A stretch of DNA of 63,964 bases, the filler included, from Vicugna vicugna (taxonomy: Eukaryota), in NCBI GenBank assembly GCA_013265495.1. It is 85 parts of 82 records of this genome, joined end to end, with 100 filler letters (N's around TTAATTAATTAA, not from the genome) between each part and the next. Parts side by side here need not be neighbours in the genome. Positions count along the whole stretch, not along the records: positions 60,840 to 61,963 come from MU059248.1; positions 62,064 to 62,567 come from MU059251.1; positions 62,668 to 63,716 come from MU059253.1; positions 63,817 to 63,964 come from MU059260.1; 81 more parts are not named here. One strand, 5' to 3'. A model generated the notes under the pieces. It was given only the letters and a program-made list of their open reading frames with translations. It made no database searches and was not told the origin of the DNA. The position numbers and the translations under genes are program-made. Numbering within the stretch: position 1 is the first letter of the stretch; the number at the start of each line of letters is the position of its first letter. Shown here in pieces: positions 60,840 to 63,964 of the stretch.

Positions 60840-61963
60840 GAGGAACTTCTCTGCACTCAGGATTCCGGAACACATTCTTGTTTGAGGGGGAGGTGTGCAG
60901 CCCCAATCCACCCAGATGAATGGGGCCAAAATTGTTCCCTTTATGGAGAAGTCCTCTAAGTATTTCCTCAATCGATCAGGGGGCACTCACTGCTACTTGG
61001 ACTCCAAGCCCAACCCCCAGCTTTCCCTCACATCCCGGACCAGGGAAACACTCGTANNNNNNNNNNNNNNNNNNNNNNNNNNNNNNNNNNNNNNNNNNNN
61101 NNNNNNNNNNNNNNNNNNNNNNNNNNNNNNNNNNNNNNNNNNNNNNNNNNNNNNNNNNNNNNNNNNNNNNNNNNNNNNNNNNNNNNNNNNNNNNNNNNNN
61201 NNNNNNNNNNNNNNNNNNNNNNNNNNNNNNNNNNNNNNNNNNNNNNNNNNNNNNNNNNNNNNNNNNNNNNNNNNNNNNNNNNNNNNNNNNNNNNNNNNNN
61301 NNNNNNNNNNNNNNNNNNNNNNNNNNNNNNNNNNNNNNNNNNNNNNNNNNNNNNNNNNNNNNNNNNNNNNNNNNNNNNNNNNNNNNNNNNNNNNNNNNNN
61401 NNNNNNNNNNNNNNNNNNNNNNNNNNNTCCAGGCATCGGTGGCACATGTATTCCTACGTTGCTGGTTGTAGTTAAAATTTCCCAACATCACATGTAGATG
61501 CATTGGCTAATACTTGGATTAGAGCCGGAACCCCACATTCCCCTGCACTCCACCATAGGCAAACCATCAGGGAAAACAAGTTAAGGGATTCAAGAACACA
61601 AGCGCTGCTGACAGTTGGAGGAACGTCCCAAAACTCAGGATTTCAGAACCCAAAACTTTGTGGCGGGGAGATGTGGAGTCAAAATCCAAGTAGAAGAATG
61701 GGGTCACACTTGTTCCCCATTAGGGAGAAATCCTGTAAATAATTCCACATTCGATCGGAGGGCAGTTGCTGCTACTTGGCATCCAAGCCAAACTCCCAGC
61801 TTTCCCTCTAAGCCCGGCCTAGGGAAACACTCAAGGAAAACAATCTAAGGGATTCTATTAGAACCCAGGCGCTGCTGTAATGCGGAGGAGCATCCCCACT
61901 ATCAGGATACCTGACCAAGTCTCCGTGTGTGTGCTGAAGGGGGGAAACAGAGTCCACTCATCT
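60840..61963 (+). repeat. SatC satellite
   Basis: Diverged monomers with GGGATTC...GAAC.CA.GCGCTGCTG. Confidence 0.88.
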
Positions 61964-62063
61964 NNNNNNNNNNNNNNNNNNNNNNNNNNNNNNNNNNNNN
62001 NNNNNNNTTAATTAATTAANNNNNNNNNNNNNNNNNNNNNNNNNNNNNNNNNNNNNNNNNNNN

Positions 62064-62567
62064 CACGAGCTTAGGCATTCCGTTTGAACCCACGCGCTGC
62101 CGACCGTTATTGGAAATTCCCATGCTCAGAATTCCGGAACCATTGTCAGTGCGTGGGGGAGCTCGAGAGATATCTCAACGCAGCTCTCTTCAGTCACAGG
62201 TGTTCCCTGTTCGGGGAAGTCCGAGAAATAACTTCCCTGACNNNNNNNNNNNNNNNNNNNNNNNNNNNNNNNNNNNNNNNNNNNNNNNNNNNNNNNNNNN
62301 NNNNNNNNNNNNNNNNNNNNNNNNNNNNNNNNNNNNNNNNNNNNNNNNNNNNNNNNNNNNNNNNNNNNNNNNNNNNNNNNNNNNNNNNNNNNNNNNNNNN
62401 NNNNNNNNNNNNNNNNNNNNNNNNNNNNNNNNNNNNNNNNNNNNNNNNNNNNNNNNNNNNNGGTGTTCCCTGGGAAGTCCGAGAAAAACCTTCCCTGACA
62501 TTGGGGAGGCAACCTCGGAAAATGGGATATCCTGCAATCACCCCTAGCTTTCCCTGGCAAAGAGACA
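62064..62567 (+). repeat. SatB satellite
   Basis: Monomers flanking the gap. Confidence 0.92.
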
Positions 62568-63816
62568 NNNNNNNNNNNNNNNNNNNNNNNNNNNNNNNNN
62601 NNNNNNNNNNNTTAATTAATTAANNNNNNNNNNNNNNNNNNNNNNNNNNNNNNNNNNNNNNNNNNNNACTAAAAATTGTTCAGTGAAAAACCAGCTCAAA
62701 TATATAACACTGTGCCGCATCTTTTAAAAAGGGAAAATGACTGAGACCTTTTTGATGCCTCCGTGTCCTTTCTGCCATCATCAATTATTTGCCTTCTCAG
62801 TGTGACCATTGATGAACTAGACCCCATGTGAAGTGCACTCAGATGGAAGAGCTTTTAAAGTTATTTTATGAAGTTTGTAAGACTCTGTCTATGCCTCACA
62901 AAGACGGTCATATCACTTCTCACCGGTGTGGACGTACCACCTGAAATCACTCCTTTCTGCTTTTTGAAATCCCTTCATCTACTCCAGACATTTCAAGAAC
63001 AAAGAAGTAGCTCAACCACAGACAGTAATAGCTTTTCACCAAATGGACTCGAACAGTCCATCGGACTACCTGGAAGCCCTTTTCTTCTATTAAACCCACT
63101 TCCATGTACTTCATCATTTTCTGATTGGTGAACTTGGCCTCTGACTGGCTTACTCAGAGAGCTCCCAGCCTCACATNNNNNNNNNNNNNNNNNNNNNNNN
63201 NNNNNNNNNNNNNNNNNNNNNNNNNNNNNNNNNNNNNNNNNNNNNNNNNNNNNNNNNNNNNNNNNNNNNNNNNNNNNNNNNNNNNNNNNNNNNNNNNNNN
63301 NNNNNNNNNNNNNNNNNNNNNNNNNNNNNNNNNNNNNNNNNNNNNNNNNNNNNNNNNNNNNNNNNNNNNNNNNNNNNNNNNNNNNNNNNNNNNNNNNNNN
63401 NNNNNNNNNNNNNNNNNNNNNNNNNNNNNNNNNNNNNNNNNNNNNNNNNNNNNNNNNNNNNNNNNNNNNNNNNNNNNNNNNNNNNNNNNNNNNNNNNNNN
63501 NNNNNNNNNNNNNNNNNNNNNNNNNNNNNNNNNNNNNNNNNNNNNNNNNNNNNNNNNNNNNNNNNNNNNNNNNNNNNNNNNNNNNNNNNNNNNNNNNNNN
63601 NNNNNNNNNNNNNNNNNNNNNNNNNNNNNACCTGTGTAAATTTCCCTGTCCTTTCTAACTGATGCACAGAAGTACAGAGATTCTGGGATGCAGATACATC
63701 TAAACACCCAAAGCCCNNNNNNNNNNNNNNNNNNNNNNNNNNNNNNNNNNNNNNNNNNNNTTAATTAATTAANNNNNNNNNNNNNNNNNNNNNNNNNNNN
63801 NNNNNNNNNNNNNNNN

Positions 63817-63964
63817 GACATTAGGAAAACCCTCAGGGGAGAAGAGCCTAGGCATTCCGTTAGAACCCACGCGCAGCCGACCGTTGGTGGAACCTCAAAA
63901 CGCTCAGGATTCCAGAACTATTGTCAGTGAGTGGGGAAGCTCGAGAGACAACTCCACGCAGCTC
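63817..63964 (+). repeat. SatB satellite
   Basis: Partial monomer. Confidence 0.92.

Noticed and set aside
2078..62623. Recurrent ORF families (MGELERQLHAALFSHR..., LGKACENEYTCLDEN..., FYILYSVFYIL...) as a multigene family
   Set aside because: These are translations of SatB, SatA and SatD; stops and frameshifts vary freely between copies.
13975..63707. Long ORFs of 150-280 aa in the track
   Set aside because: Almost entirely X residues read through N gaps.
891..63816. Recurring TTAATTAATTAA between variable segments as a CRISPR-like or recombination-site array
   Set aside because: Always embedded in exactly 44+44 Ns; it is a synthetic six-frame-stop linker.

Overview
This is not a contiguous locus. 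It is a concatenation of about 85 short (~150-1,450 bp, internal gaps included) unplaced mammalian scaffolds joined by an artificial 100-bp linker (44 N + TTAATTAATTAA + 44 N, stop codons in all six frames). Neighbouring pieces are not biologically linked, and most ORFs in the track are artefacts of N runs, linkers or satellites. Eutherian repeats (L1, L2, MIR, MLT1, MER3-like, ERV LTRs) show a placental mammal, and the L1 3' UTR style suggests a camelid (recollection, unverified). About 40% of the pieces are satellite DNA in five families that I label for convenience. SatB is a CpG-rich ~267-bp monomer, and SatC is a diverged, CpG-poorer ~265-268-bp relative of it. SatA is a ~734-bp higher-order repeat of three ~245-bp monomers, and SatE is a ~250-bp relative of SatA. 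SatD is built on the 7-mer AGAATAT with 125- and 167-bp higher-order units. Gene content is fragmentary: two exons of a NUT-family (NUTM2-like) gene, a probable terminal exon of an unidentified gene, a few candidate small exons and an NRF1-type promoter. At least five non-satellite sequences occur twice as diverged paralogues in this small sample, which suggests one or more large amplified (segmental or macrosatellite) units. I found no evidence of a novel enzymatic, defence or CRISPR-like system. The most interesting signals are satellite family architecture and amplified sequence.
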